Notes: generated from the sequence alone by a model not told the origin. Positions 14,616-27,094 are shown, counted from the first letter of the stretch. The stretch is 64,000 nucleotides of DNA from Eledone cirrhosa (GCA_964016885.1 OZ024741.1:215698001-215762000); one strand, 5' to 3'. Made by a program: numbers and translations.

Positions 14616-14757
14616 TCATTATTTCTGAAGACAGCATATATATGTGTAGGTATGTATATTCCCTCTGATAGTTTGTATAAATATTGTACATAGATCTATA
14701 GAATATGCATACCAACTCTAACACATATATATCCTAGAAACGATCGTAAAATGATGA
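14616..14757 (+). ncRNA. Type-I hammerhead ribozyme with long stem II (pLTR)
   Basis: Stem I tcattattt/aaatgatga; core CTGAAGA; ~105-nt stem II (atatatatgtgt/acacatatatat, ggtatgtatattc/gaatatgcatacc); GAAA; palindromic stem III acgatcgt; GUA site. Confidence 0.75.
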
Positions 14758-14943
14758 ATTTTTTTAATATAAGGAAGTGTTTCTTTGTTTATTCATTATT
14801 TTATTAATTTATCTTGACTCTGTTTTCCGTTTATTTTTCACCGAAAGTAGTTTTTGAATGCATCTTCTCTTTTCATGATATCCGGATTACATTGAGTTCT
14901 TCATACGGATTGGACACTACCGTAAACATTTGGTAGATTTATC

Positions 14944-15041
<98 letters not shown>

Positions 15042-15069
15042 CATATATACATATATATAGACACACACA

Positions 15070-15268
15070 TATAGTACAGTTTAGCCCGTGTTCAATGGGG
15101 GTAACCACTGTAAGTGAGGTACTCAATACATAGCAGAGTATAAATATTTAATATAGAAATGGCTTCTACAGGACTAGAATTGTTTCGTTCGGCAGAAATC
15201 ATCAGGGTTTCCTCATGATTTCTCCCGAATGAAACAGTTCTAGTCCTGTAGAAGCCATTTCTATATTA
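15070..15268. mobile_element. Fold-back mini-element (3444 family)
   Basis: aatatagaaatggcttctacaggactagaa mirrored by ttctagtcctgtagaagccatttctatatt, centre ~15210. Confidence 0.7.
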
Positions 15269-15276
15269 TATATATA

Positions 15277-15395
15277 GCTTCTAATGAAGGACTACGTCCG
15301 AAACGTAAGACCCTCTTCATGCTATATCAAGCGTTAACCTAATACATTCCTTCCATTTATTGTACCGATTGTGTTGTTATTTCTGTTTACCTTTT
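15277..15395 (+). mobile_element. PLE-derived fragment with a decayed hammerhead (related copy at 19880-20005)
   Basis: CTAATGA-a-ggac-tac-gtcc-GAAA-cg-TA has one core mismatch; downstream sequence matches 19915-20005. Confidence 0.55.
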
Positions 15396-15399
15396 ACAC

Positions 15400-15594
<195 letters not shown>

Positions 15595-15708
15595 AGTTGT
15601 AATAAAATGAAAACGAAATTTCATTTCTCACTCTTAGTACGGCACTTACTTAAATGTAAGTATGTATGTATACGTACATACATATATGTATACAGACGTA
15701 CAGTAGCA

Positions 15709-15770
<62 letters not shown>

Positions 15771-15927
15771 TACATACAGGTACACATACATATATGTACG
15801 TATCAGTTTAGCGGACGCTTATTATAACGCCCGCTTTGTCCTTTTGTAAACAAACTGACAGCCTGAATTTATGCTATACGGTGTTAAGGCAACCACGTCA
15901 CCTTTTTGTTCAACACTGACACAGGAA

Positions 15928-15968
15928 CGATGTACTAGTTTCAAGCTTGTTAGCTATCATCAGCACAG
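15928..15968 (-). ncRNA. Minimal type-I hammerhead
   Basis: Reverse complement of 16517-16557 with one stem I substitution. Confidence 0.8.
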
Positions 15969-16215
15969 TATACCCTTCTGCCAGATGGTTGAACGTTCGA
16001 AAGTATATACTTTCCTTATGAAAATTAACGGCTGAGCAGCCTAATTTGCATATCGAGTGAGTTCAGTCGGCCAGGCGCACCGAAAACGATAAGTTGTAAT
16101 AAAATGAAAACGAAATTTCATTTCTCACTCTTAGTACGGCACTTACTTAAATGTAAGTATGTATGTATACGTACGTACATATATGTATACAGACGTACAG
16201 TAGCATGCATATATA

Positions 16216-16279
<64 letters not shown>

Positions 16280-16433
16280 TGCTACTGTACGTCTGTATAC
16301 ATATATGTATGTACGTATACATACATACTTACATTTAAGTAAGTGCCGTACTAAGAGTGAGAAATGAAATTTCGTTTTCATTTTATTACAACTTATCGTT
16401 TTCGGTGCGCCTGGCCGACTGAACTCACTCGAT

Positions 16434-16441
16434 ATGCAAAT
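16434..16441 (+). promoter_or_regulatory. Octamer ATGCAAAT in each retrozyme-like unit (also 16911-16918; minus strand 16044-16051 and 20353-20360)
   Basis: Exact octamer next to a GGCTGNNCAGCC-type hairpin, retained in two diverged families. Function is inferred only. Confidence 0.4.
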
Positions 16442-16516
16442 TAGGCTGCTCAGCCATTAATTTTCATAAGGAAAGTATATACTTTCGAACGTTCAACCAT
16501 CTGGCAGAAGGGTATA

Positions 16517-16557
16517 CGGTGCTGATGATAGCTAACAAGCTTGAAACTAGTACATCG
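16517..16557 (+). ncRNA. Minimal type-I hammerhead
   Basis: cggtg-CTGATGA-t-agct-aaca-agct-t-GAAA-ctag-TA-catcg; predicted cleavage after 16552. Confidence 0.85.
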
Positions 16558-16714
16558 TTCCTGTGTCAGTGTTGAACAAAAAGGTGACGTGGTTGCCTTA
16601 ACACCGTATGGCATAAATTCAGGCTGTCAGTTTATTTACAAAAGCACAAAGCGGGCGTTATAATAAGCGTCCGCTAAACTGATACGTACATATATGTATG
16701 TGTACCTGTATGTA

Positions 16715-16756
<42 letters not shown>

Positions 16757-16993
16757 TGCTACTGTACATCTGTATACATATATGTATGTACGTATACATA
16801 CATACTTACATTTAAGTAAGTGCCGTACTAAGAGTGAGAAATGAAATTTCGTTTTCATTTTATTACAACTTATCGTTTTCGGTGCGCCTGGCCGACTGAA
16901 CTCACTCGATATGCAAATTAGGCTGCTCAGCCGTTAATTTTCATAAGGAAAGTATATACTTTCGAACGTTCAACCATCTGGCAGAAGGGTATA

Positions 16994-17034
16994 CGGTGCT
17001 GATGATAGCTAACAAGCTTGAAACTAGTACATCG
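16994..17034 (+). ncRNA. Minimal type-I hammerhead
   Basis: Identical motif; predicted cleavage after 17029, 477 nt from the previous site. Confidence 0.85.
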
Positions 17035-17191
17035 TTCCTGTGTCAGTGTTGAACAAAAAGGTGACGTGGTTGCCTTAACACCGTACAGCATAAATTCAGG
17101 CTGTCAGTTTGTTTACAAAAGGACAAAGCGGGCGTTATAATAAGCGTCCGCTAAACTGATACATACATATATGTATGTGCACCTGTATGTA

Positions 17192-17226
<35 letters not shown>

Positions 17227-17299
17227 GCATGCTACTGTACGTCTGTATACATATATGTATGTATGTATACATACATACTTATATATATATATATATATA

Positions 17300-17458
17300 T
17301 AGGAAAGTGTATGACACCGTAGGCAGAGCTCAAGCCGTTTCGGCGGCTATTTCCAGAAATAGCCGTCATACTTTTTCCTATTTCACACTCTACTACCCTA
17401 AGTATTGATTACTCTGGTGCGTTATGGTCCATCTGGTTCCTTACCACAATTCCTTTGT

Positions 17459-17460
<2 letters not shown>
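17300..17460. mobile_element. Fold-back mini-element (family of 45401-45597 and 61184-61331)
   Basis: Shares cactctactaccctaagtattga...ggttccttaccaca with the other copies; (TA)n on both sides. Confidence 0.7.
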
Positions 17461-17501
<41 letters not shown>

Positions 17502-17504
17502 GGG

Positions 17505-17559
<55 letters not shown>

Positions 17560-17726
17560 AGTATTAACACAGCAGTTAGTTCACCATACCGAGAACAATT
17601 GCTTCACCAATTGTTTATATATATATATATATATTGCACACGGCACCAGGCAGAATTATTTCTTTTATCATTCACTCTCATCTGGGCATTTAAACTCGGG
17701 AATTTTATATTCTCCGAGCGAGAAGA

Positions 17727-17808
17727 GCCTTCTGAAGATAGTTCCCTTCTCAATGGAGATCCGCTTGGATTATCCGTTTATTTTGGAACTTGAAACCGCG
17801 GTAAAGGC
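17727..17808 (+). ncRNA. Type-I hammerhead inside a ~240-bp (TA)n-flanked insert (17635-17878)
   Basis: gcctt-CTGAAGA-t-agttcc...ggaact-t-GAAA-ccgcgg-TA-aaggc; all three stems pair. Confidence 0.88.
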
Positions 17809-17875
17809 ACATATAGTAAGTACAGCGAATTTTTTATAATTTATTTAAAAACTTTTCTCTATTTGCTAGACCTGG

Positions 17876-17925
<50 letters not shown>

Positions 17926-18243
17926 AAGCACAATACCTTCCGCTTGTGGTCACATGATATTCCGTGTATCTGTTATAGCTTAATAGCCATTTGATATTGT
18001 TTTCTGCGTGTTTTACTCTGCGGACAGCGTTTTGGCTTGTTTATCAGACGCTGTGACATCGAGTGGGAGAACAGTTATGTCTTTCGTTTGTGTTATTATT
18101 ATTTTAATAAAAAACATTTTAAGGTTTCCCCTTTAAAAATCATGTTCGTTCTGCCTCGTTTTCGTTCGTTGCCTTCTCTTTGTTACTTATTTATTTGTTA
18201 CTTTGTTACTTAATTTTGTTATATATATATATATATATATATA

Positions 18244-18401
<158 letters not shown>

Positions 18402-18910
18402 TCTCTCTCTCTTTCTTTCTCTTTCTGTATCCCTCTTACTCACCCCCTCTGCATTTATACCCCACTCCGTCTTTCTTTCACTCTGCGCCTGCTTTCACTG
18501 AAAATAGACGTGTTTCCCTCAGCTCCGCTGTTAATATGGCCCCTGGGCTTAAACCCAACGGCTTTTCTTTAACTACGTCCTATTTCCTCTCGGTTCCTCA
18601 CTTAGATGTGCCATTGTCCTGTGTTTCTCCCTTCTATCAGTATGTTTCCTTCCCTTTTTTATCTCATTTCTTTTTCTTTCTTTTTCTCTCTTCGCTATCG
18701 CTTCTTTCCCTCACAGATTTGTGATAGATAAAAGGCTATGGGCGCACTACGGATAGATGTATTGTCTATAATGCGCTGAAACATCTGTGACCCGTAGTAG
18801 ACAACTGATGTAGGGAAAATGTCCATCTCTTGTTTGTGACCCCTTACTTTCTAACACTCTTTATCAGTAACCACACAGCCTCCTCCCCCTCAATCCATAT
18901 TTATGTACAA

Positions 18911-18948
<38 letters not shown>

Positions 18949-18974
18949 ATTTGGGTGTGTATGTGTGTAAGTGT

Positions 18975-19029
<55 letters not shown>

Positions 19030-19038
<9 letters not shown>

Positions 19039-19206
19039 CCTTGACCTGTGTTAATGTCCCGTAACTTAGCAATTTGACAAACTGCAAAGAGATCGCAAAA
19101 AAAAGGTCCAAATTTGAAAAAAAATAATAAAAACAATAAAATTTCCCTGCAAGGCGGTGCCCCAGCACGACCGCAACCTAATGATGACTGAACCTAGTAA
19201 AAGAAT
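19030..19206 (+). mobile_element. 3' half of an octopus OR2-like SINE after a (TG)n tract
   Basis: gtcccgtaacttagc...aaggcggtgccccagcacgaccgca...gactgaacctagtaaaaga; same tail type at 11715-11770 and 39580-39640. Family name is from recall. Confidence 0.55.
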
Positions 19207-19519
19207 AATTAATTATTATTGATTATTGAACGGTATCACACTTATTTGTAATCTATCCTTGTTTTTCTGTTTTGATTTAATTATCGAAATTTATATATCA
19301 ATATTTTCGGTCGTAAATTTCTACTTCATTGTATCATCTCCATTTTTATGTTGTAATTATCGTCTCGTTTCTTCTCACTATTTTTATTATTAATTAATTA
19401 ATTAAATTAATTTGTTCGAAGGCAAGTTTAATGTTAGTTTGTTTGTGTTTGTTTGTGTGTTTTTCTATCTTAATTTCATTTTATTGTCACGTTTAATAGC
19501 AATATGTCATCTGCTAATG

Positions 19520-19687
19520 TGACCAAGTGGCAAAGTCGTTAGAACGTCGAATACATTGTTTGACGATATTTGTTCCTGTTCTCTGAATTGAAATCACTCC
19601 AAGGTTAACTTGGCCCTATATACTTTCAGTGTCGATATATAAATCAGCAGTTTAATATTGGAGCTGATTATTCATACCCTCCCCAAC

Positions 19688-19690
<3 letters not shown>
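19520..19690 (+). mobile_element. Decayed Nin/Deu-type SINE
   Basis: gtggcaaagtcgttagaacgtcg...aaggttaacttggcc...gtcgatatataaatcagcag. Confidence 0.5.
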
Positions 19691-19766
<76 letters not shown>

Positions 19767-20003
19767 ACTCTGTTGACAAAATGCCCCCAAAAAATGAAAA
19801 TTGACCTGTTATTTTTATCTAAAGACATTTTTTTCCAATTCCACCCCGCCCGTCCCTTTAATCTATTTTATTTCTCATTCTTTCTTCTCATAAAGGACTA
19901 CCGTCCGAAACATTAAGAGCCTCTTACTGCTATATCAAGCGTTAACCTAATATATCTCTTCCATATACTGTACCGATTGTCTTGTTGTTTCTGTTTACCT
20001 TTT

Positions 20004-20049
<46 letters not shown>

Positions 20050-20050
20050 T

Positions 20051-20620
20051 AGAATTAACATTTTAACTCCGACATAGCTGTATACATACAGGTATGTGAA
20101 TTTCGTATATCTAATAATGTACGATATGTTTAACAAATAAACATTTTGAAAGCCTAACTATGAATATTGAAACCTGCCGCCTAGCGACCATTAGTTGATT
20201 CCTGCAGAAGCAGCAAGGGACATCTGCCTATGTGCATTTCACGTTCTGGCCATCATCAAGACAGTGCTTCCCTTGCTCTCTGATGGAACTTGAGATAGGT
20301 GAAAATATATAGCTTTAGCTTTTTCACCTGTGTACAAGGGCTGATTAGCCGCATTTGCATATGGAGCTGTGTAAATTGTTTCAACTTGAAAGTAGAATTA
20401 AACTTTTAACTCCGACACAACCTTATATATATAACTATGGAAATTTCGTATATCTAATGGTATGCGGTATGTTTAATAAATAAACATTTGGAAAGTCTAG
20501 CTATGAATATTGAAAGACTGACGGCTAGCGACGTCTAGCGTATTCCAGCAGAGCAGCGGGAGACAACTGTGTATTCATATTTCAGGTGTTGGGCATCATC
20601 AGGACAGTGCGTCCCTTGCT
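20051..20620 (-). mobile_element. Older ~343-bp tandem unit (1.7 copies) with a decayed hammerhead; relative of the 15594 array
   Basis: Repeat starts agaattaa at 20051 and 20394. Minus-strand (C/T)TGATGA...tGAAA at ~20235-20260 and ~20580-20602. Shares several blocks and the octamer with the 477-bp unit. Confidence 0.65.
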
Positions 20621-20621
20621 T

Positions 20622-21472
20622 ATTGTTACTTTATTTTATCGACTCCGTCAGGATGAAAGGCAAAGCTAACCACGGCGGGATTTGAACTCAATACGTAAAG
20701 GGCCGTAGCTCTAAGCCACAACGCATTCTGTCTAACTCTTTACCGATACTACCATGCCATCGCCCTAATAATAATAATAATGGTTTCTGATTTAGGCACA
20801 AGGCCAACAATTTTGGGGGAGGGGAAAGTCTATTACATCGACCCCAGTACGTTACTGGTACCTTATTTTATAGACTCCGTAAGAATGAAAGGAAAAGCTA
20901 ACCGCCGAGGGATTTGAACCCAATACGTAAAGGGACGTAGTTCTATGCCACAAAGCTTGTAGTCCGACGTTCTACCGATACTGCCAATCCACCGCACTGT
21001 GAATATGCAAAATGACGATTTCCGATTAAGGCACAAGGTCAGCAATATAGTGGACTGGATAGTCGATTAAATCGACGCAGTGTGTTACTGATACTTTATT
21101 TTATCAATTTTATATTATATGTTCGTATGTAAGGATGAACGGTAACGCTAACCTCGGATGGATTTGAACTCACAACGTAAACCCATATGCTTCAAAGCAT
21201 GTAGTCCGACGCTCTACCGATACTTCTAGTCCACCGCCTTGAACATACAAAATAATGGTTTCTTATATAGGCACAAGGCCAGTAATTTGGGGGGAGGGGA
21301 AAGTCGATTAAATCGACCCCAGTGCGTGACTGGTACTTTATTTTATCGACCCCATAAGGATGAAAGGCAAAGTTAACCTCGGCGGGATTTGAACGCAGAT
21401 CATAAAGAGCCGTAACTCTATGCTGCAAAGCATGGCGTCCGACCCTCTACCGATACTGCCAATCCACCGCCC
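20622..21472 (-). mobile_element. Four head-to-tail Nin/Deu-type SINE copies
   Basis: Copies at ~20622-20765, 20766-20996, 21012-21240 and 21250-21472, each with a ggatgaaaggcaaagttaacctcggcgggatttgaac-like block. Confidence 0.85.
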
Positions 21473-22015
21473 TTGATCATGCAAAATAATAAAAAGTCAA
21501 ATGAAAGGATTTGTCTAAAGAAGTTATTTAACAGTAAATTACATAAAAAGAGGAGCATCTAATTTCATCTGACAATTTCATTACGTCTATAAATTTATCA
21601 TAAACAATAATCTTTCAAAAGTCTTTCATCTTTTACATTCTATTCTTTTTTATTCTTTTTGTGTGTGTGTATTTGTTTTTTTTCTATTTTGCCCCCTTTT
21701 CATATCAATCCACATGAAACAGCGCATGAAACTGGATAAAAGGGAATTAAACTGATCCCATGTGTTCTAGGATAGGGAACTGTGTTTTAGAGTGTTTATA
21801 TAAGTTGAGCAATACGGTATATTACACTAGTACACCACCTGGCTATGTTTTTCTGCTACCAGAAATGAGTAAATAGAGGTAACAGCAAGCTAATGGGCCA
21901 TTTTTTTCACGATCTGGGGACTTGTATATTCCTTGTTATTAGACTATTTTCTGTAGTCAAAATAGGGCGAAAGCTATTAACTCAATTCAATTTTCATATA
22001 TATATGTATATATAT

Positions 22016-22103
<88 letters not shown>

Positions 22104-22127
22104 ATATTACTTCTTGTTGTTTTAATT

Positions 22128-22165
22128 GCCCTGATGAGTCATTAATAGGACGAAACATTGTCGGC
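22128..22165 (+). ncRNA. Minimal type-I hammerhead in a ~115-bp insert between (TA)n arrays
   Basis: gcc-CTGATGA-gtc-attaatag-gac-GAAA-cattg-TC-ggc, followed by AATAAA at 22167. Confidence 0.8.
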
Positions 22166-22295
22166 TAATAAAGACTTTTGATGTATTGAAGGCTTCTTTG
22201 TTTTACTCTCTTAATATATACATATATATATATATAAGTCTATACCCAATAATAGCAACACTGTTATTATTATTAAAATTATATATATAAATATA

Positions 22296-22435
<140 letters not shown>

Positions 22436-22440
22436 TATAT

Positions 22441-25400
22441 ATGTCTTGGGTATGACATATATGTCTTGGGTATGACATTAAACTACATCCAGTGGCAAGG
22501 CTCCAGTTCGGGAGTTCAGGAGATGTGGGGAATATGGAGTTACCCCTTAGTTGTCATGACTCCCAGGTCTGCCCTGGCCCGGGGTGGTAGTACCTGTTAG
22601 GGCTCCATTTATGGGTTAAATAACTACCTTATTCGAGTGGCGCCGGTAAGGTATTGTCAGCCATTGAAAAGAAATATGGAGAGTCGATCTAACAGCACTA
22701 GGGTTAGAGCCCCTAATTACACTGTCAAGGAGCAGCCTGGTCGTTATGACTCTGCTGGCTTAGAGCCACAGAGAGGGCCAGTGGATGATGGATCAGCTGT
22801 CTCTGAGACAAATATAAAGAATGCAGTTTTGTCCTGCAGAAGAGCCATCAAAATGGGCACTTTGAATGTGAGGACTATTCGAACGCTGGAGAAGAGAGAG
22901 GAGTTGGGACATCTGTTCGAGGAGAGTGGTATACAGATACTTGCGATCCAAGAACACAGGATTCTACACGATGAGCCCGTGAGGAGTGTGATGATCGGGA
23001 GGAAGAGCCAGCTCATCACTACATCGGCAGTGAAGAACACAACAAATGCTGCAGTAGGAGGAGTGGGTTTTGTGTTCAGTGCAAAAACCAATCTGTTGGT
23101 GAGGGAAATAATGCCTATCTCCCCGCGAGTGTTGAGGGTGACCTTCAATGGAAACCCAAGACTGACAGTCATCTCAGCCTATAGTCCAACCGAGAGGGAC
23201 AGTGATGTGAATGCCGAGGAGTTCCATGAGGAAGTGTGTAGAGCTGTCAACACCACTCAGGCACACAATATCCTGCTTGTTTTGGGGGACTTCAATGCAC
23301 ATCTGAGTAAGGAGGGCAGTGAAGATCCTTGCTGGTACTTCCATAACAACACCAACCGAAATGGAAGACTACTGAGAGACACCCTGCTGGAGGCGAACTT
23401 GATGGCGACCAACCTAAGGTTTAGGAAGAATCTGGGGAAGATGTGGACCTACATCTCAGATATGCACCTGTCCAAGTCCCAGATTGATTTCATTCTGGTG
23501 AGGAAAAAGTGGCGGAATAGTGTTCTGAACACGGAACCATACAGCTATTTCAGTACACTGGGTAGTGACCACCGGCTTGTTATGAGTGAGGTCCGCGTGA
23601 GCTTAAGAAAGAGCAAGGCTCAGCCCCGGAGAACAATCTATGACTGGGGAGCTTTCAAGGAAGATGATAAGCTACAGGAGAGGTTCACAGTGGAAGTGAG
23701 AAACAGGTTTAGTGCTCTGTGTGGAGAGTCAGAGGAGAGAGAGATTGGATGGACTGAGGAGAGTGTGACGAGGAGGTACGGGCACTTCACCAATGCAGTG
23801 GCGAAAGCAAGTGAAACCCTGGTGCCGAGGAAAAAGAACAAAGGGAAGCACGTCAGCTCTGCAGACCCAAAAGTGTGTGCAGCCAGAGAACACCTGAAAG
23901 CTGCCAGGGACCAATTCTATGCTGATCCTACGGAGGAGAGGATGGAGACTGTGGAGGTGATGAGGGAAGAGCTCTGTACCGCTTACACTGAGGTCAGAGA
24001 GGAGGCACTGATAGAGAAGATCAGAAGTGTGGAGAGAGCGGTTGACAGATCTGGATGTAAGGAGAGCTGGATGATCATCAACGAGATCACAGGGAGGAAG
24101 AAAAGGTGTTCGAGTCAGATCCAGGGAACGGGGCCCGAGGATAGGAAGAGGAAATGGCTAGACCATTTTAGGACCCTACTAGGAGAGCCACCCTCCACAG
24201 CCCAGAGCACTGGGGAGATCAGGCGGCTGTTTGAGGAACTGGATGTTGAGACAGAGCCCTTCACTAGAGAGGAGCTTCAGAGAGCCAAGAAGAAGATCAA
24301 GGAGGGCAAGGCTCATGGAGAAGATGGAGTAGCATCAGAGGTGATGAAGTGGTGTGATTTTGATGATATCATCCTGGGGTTCTGTAACGGGGCACTGGAG
24401 AAAGGAGTTGCCCCGAATCAGTGGAGGATCAGTAACATCGTCCCAGTGCCAAAGAAGGGAGATCTCTCTAACACCAACAACTACCGGGGGATCTCACTGA
24501 CGTCACTTGTGGCAAAGACCCTCAACAGGATGATTCTTAACAGGATCCAGCCTGAGATGGAGAAGAAGCTCAGGGACAACCAGAACGGCTTCAGAGAGGG
24601 TAGATCAACCACCAGTCACATCCTGATGCTGAGGAGGATATTAGAGGGAGCTAGAGCAAAGTGCCTTCCTGCGGTCATGGTTTTCATTGACTTTAGGAAG
24701 GCCTTTGATTCTGTGGACCGTTACTGCCTGATGAAGATCTTACAGGCTTATGGAATCCCCAAGAGGATAGTGGACCTGATATCACTGCTCTACACCAACA
24801 CCAAAGCCCAAGTCATTACACCTGATGGGATGACAGAGTTCTTTGAGATACTGGCTGGAGTGCTCCAGGGAGATACATTGGCTCCCTACCTTTTTATCAT
24901 CGTAGTGGACTATTGTATGCGCCTTGCACTGGAGAAACACCAGGACTCTGGCTTTACTGTAGCACCGGCTCAGAGCAGGAGAGTTGGGGCGAAAAAGGTA
25001 TCGGATGCTGAATTTGCCGACGACATAGTTTTGGTGACAAATACAGTGAAGGAGGCAGAGGATTTGATGCGGGAGGTTGAGACTGTGTCGATGAGTGTGG
25101 GGCTGAGAATGAATGAGACTAAAACAAAATATCTGGTAGAGAATGTTGAGAAGCCAGAGGGGATCACTAATGTAGGCGGGACCGCTGGAATTGGTTGAGG
25201 ACTTCCTGTATTTGGGAGCAAAGATTGGGAATACGGAAGATGATGTGGTTGAGAGGAAGAGCAAGGCCTGGGCGGCGTGCCACAGCTTGAGATCGGTGTG
25301 GAAGTCGGACCTTCGTAGAGACCTGAAAATCCGCCTCTTCATTGCTGTAGTGGAGTCTGTGCTGCTGTATGGGTCTGAGACTTGGACACTGACCAAGAAA

Positions 25401-25771
25401 CTCACTCAGATGGTGGATGGGTGCTACACGAGAATGCTGAGGATGGCTCTGAACATTAATCAGTATACACTGAGGATGAAAAACTCAGAGCTGTATGGGA
25501 GCCTCCCAAAAGTCAGCTCAAAAGTGACACAGAGGAGACTGAGGTTGGCTGGACATGCTCACCGACATCCAGAGTTGACATTGCACTCCGTGCTCCTTTG
25601 GGAGCCCCTACATGGACACACTGGAAGAGGAAGACCAAGGTTAACATATGTTGATGCCCTAAGGACAGACACTGGTCTGTTGGAGACGCAGGACATGGCA
25701 GCGATAATGAGGGACAGAGACCGCTGGAGAGAACTCGTCCATGGATCTCGGGAATTTTACCCGCCTTAGAT

Positions 25772-25775
<4 letters not shown>
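22441..25775 (+). mobile_element. Near full-length RTE-clade LINE inserted in (TA)n
   Basis: 5'UTR, single APE+RT ORF and essentially no 3'UTR; ends tagatagata into (TA)n. The 5' end has a 20-bp tandem duplication atatatgtcttgggtatgac. Confidence 0.95.
22637..25769 (+). CDS. RTE ORF: AP endonuclease + reverse transcriptase, one frameshift near 25180
   Basis: GTLNVRT, LAIQE, GDFNAH, IDFIL, SDH (APE); PVPKKGD, NYRGISL, QNGFR, FIDFRKAFDSV, GVLQGDTLAPYLF, FADD (RT). Continues in the next frame as VEDFLYLG...LLYGSETW...GRPR. Confidence 0.92.
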
Positions 25776-25824
<49 letters not shown>

Positions 25825-25934
25825 TATATTTATATATATGTGTTTATATTTATATATATAACTTTAATAATAATAACAGTGTTGCTATTATTGGGTATAG
25901 ACTTAACCAGAAGGTTTTAACCCCAATGCAGTAG

Positions 25935-26070
25935 GGTTCATCTCTCGGGGCGGCGGCGTATGGCGAAACGGTCGGCGCGATTGTATCGTGACCGCCTCTC
26001 GACCGGACGGGGCCCCGAGGCGACGGAATCCCGGAGCCGCAATGTGCGTTCGAGGTGTCGATGTTCACTG
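25935..26070 (-). pseudogene. Fragment of 5.8S rRNA 3' half plus probable start of ITS2
   Basis: Minus strand cagtgaacatcgacacctcgaacgcacattgcggctccggg...cctcggggcc matches the conserved 5.8S motif and its GC hairpin; GC-rich continuation. Confidence 0.8.
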
Positions 26071-26074
26071 AAAG

Positions 26075-26181
26075 GATAATTGTTTCTACTTTTGGCACAA
26101 AGTCAGCAAATATACCAGTGTATTACTGGTACTTTATTTTATAGACCCCATAGGGATGAAAGGCAAAGTTAACCTCGGCGA
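26075..26181 (-). mobile_element. 5'-truncated Nin/Deu-type SINE
   Basis: Body and tail match the 5950 copy. Confidence 0.8.
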
Positions 26182-26185
26182 AACA

Positions 26186-27094
26186 GCAAAGAGTCAATAT
26201 GTTGTCAAACTAATACGTTTCAACCGATAGAGATTCAACCCGAGGATATGAGACTATAAAATCAGGAGCCCTAGACTTTTCTTAAGAAGAAAGAGTTTTT
26301 ATCTAAGGTTCCCCTATTATTTCGTACTTCAATCATCAGAATTAGGCTCACAATCGGTATCATCAGAGTTTTATCAGCATAGGATATCAGCTTATATACA
26401 TATCTATAAATCAATGACTCAATGATGGAATATCATTATACATATATATACAGAAAAAGTTATAAAGTAATTTACAGAAATACCAAAGTAACCAGGTTTA
26501 CATCACCAGAAGACGAGTATATTATACTAAAAGTATATTCTAACAGTTTAGAAAGTGAGGAGCACCATAAAGAGTACAATGGATACGTATTTGTTTTATT
26601 GTGTTCAGAGCAGGATAATGGTGACTTATGCGAGGTGTTTAATGGTGGGTATACTTTATGAGGTGTAGTATTTCAAATGGGAAATTTAGGGAAAAATGTT
26701 TATGAAAAATAATTACCATAATGTCGGTTGCCACCTTAGGAGATTACAGGAAAACGTGATTCGCTGTACACGTGTTTACTAACAATAGCAATAGTACGAT
26801 TAGAATATATTATATATTATATTATAGAGGTTTGGCAATTCACAGATAAAAATGTAAGTATGTGTAAAAATATAAGTATGTGCCATACACAAATATTCAT
26901 GTTACATGCAAAGGACATAGACGCTTGTCTAAGTTAATAAAACTCTGATGTTACCGATTTTGAGACTATTTCTTCTTAAGATATAGGCTCTTCTTAAGAA
27001 AAGTCTAAGACTCCTGATTTTATAGTGTCACATGCTCGGGATGAATCTCTACCAGTTGAAACATGTGTTAGTTTGATAACATATCGACTCTTGG
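26186..27094. mobile_element. Old PLE-derived insert with ~110-bp inverted ends and decayed long-stem hammerheads
   Basis: 26186-26295 mirrors 26988-27094. aaact-CTGATGT...GAAA-catgtg-TT-agttt on + (26940-27074); CTGATGA on - at 26333-26339. Confidence 0.55.

Noticed and set aside
15607-16858. Repeated short [22 protein letters not shown]...
   Set aside because: It is antisense to the hammerhead and runs into a variable (TA)n that shifts frame; it recurs only because the unit is repeated.
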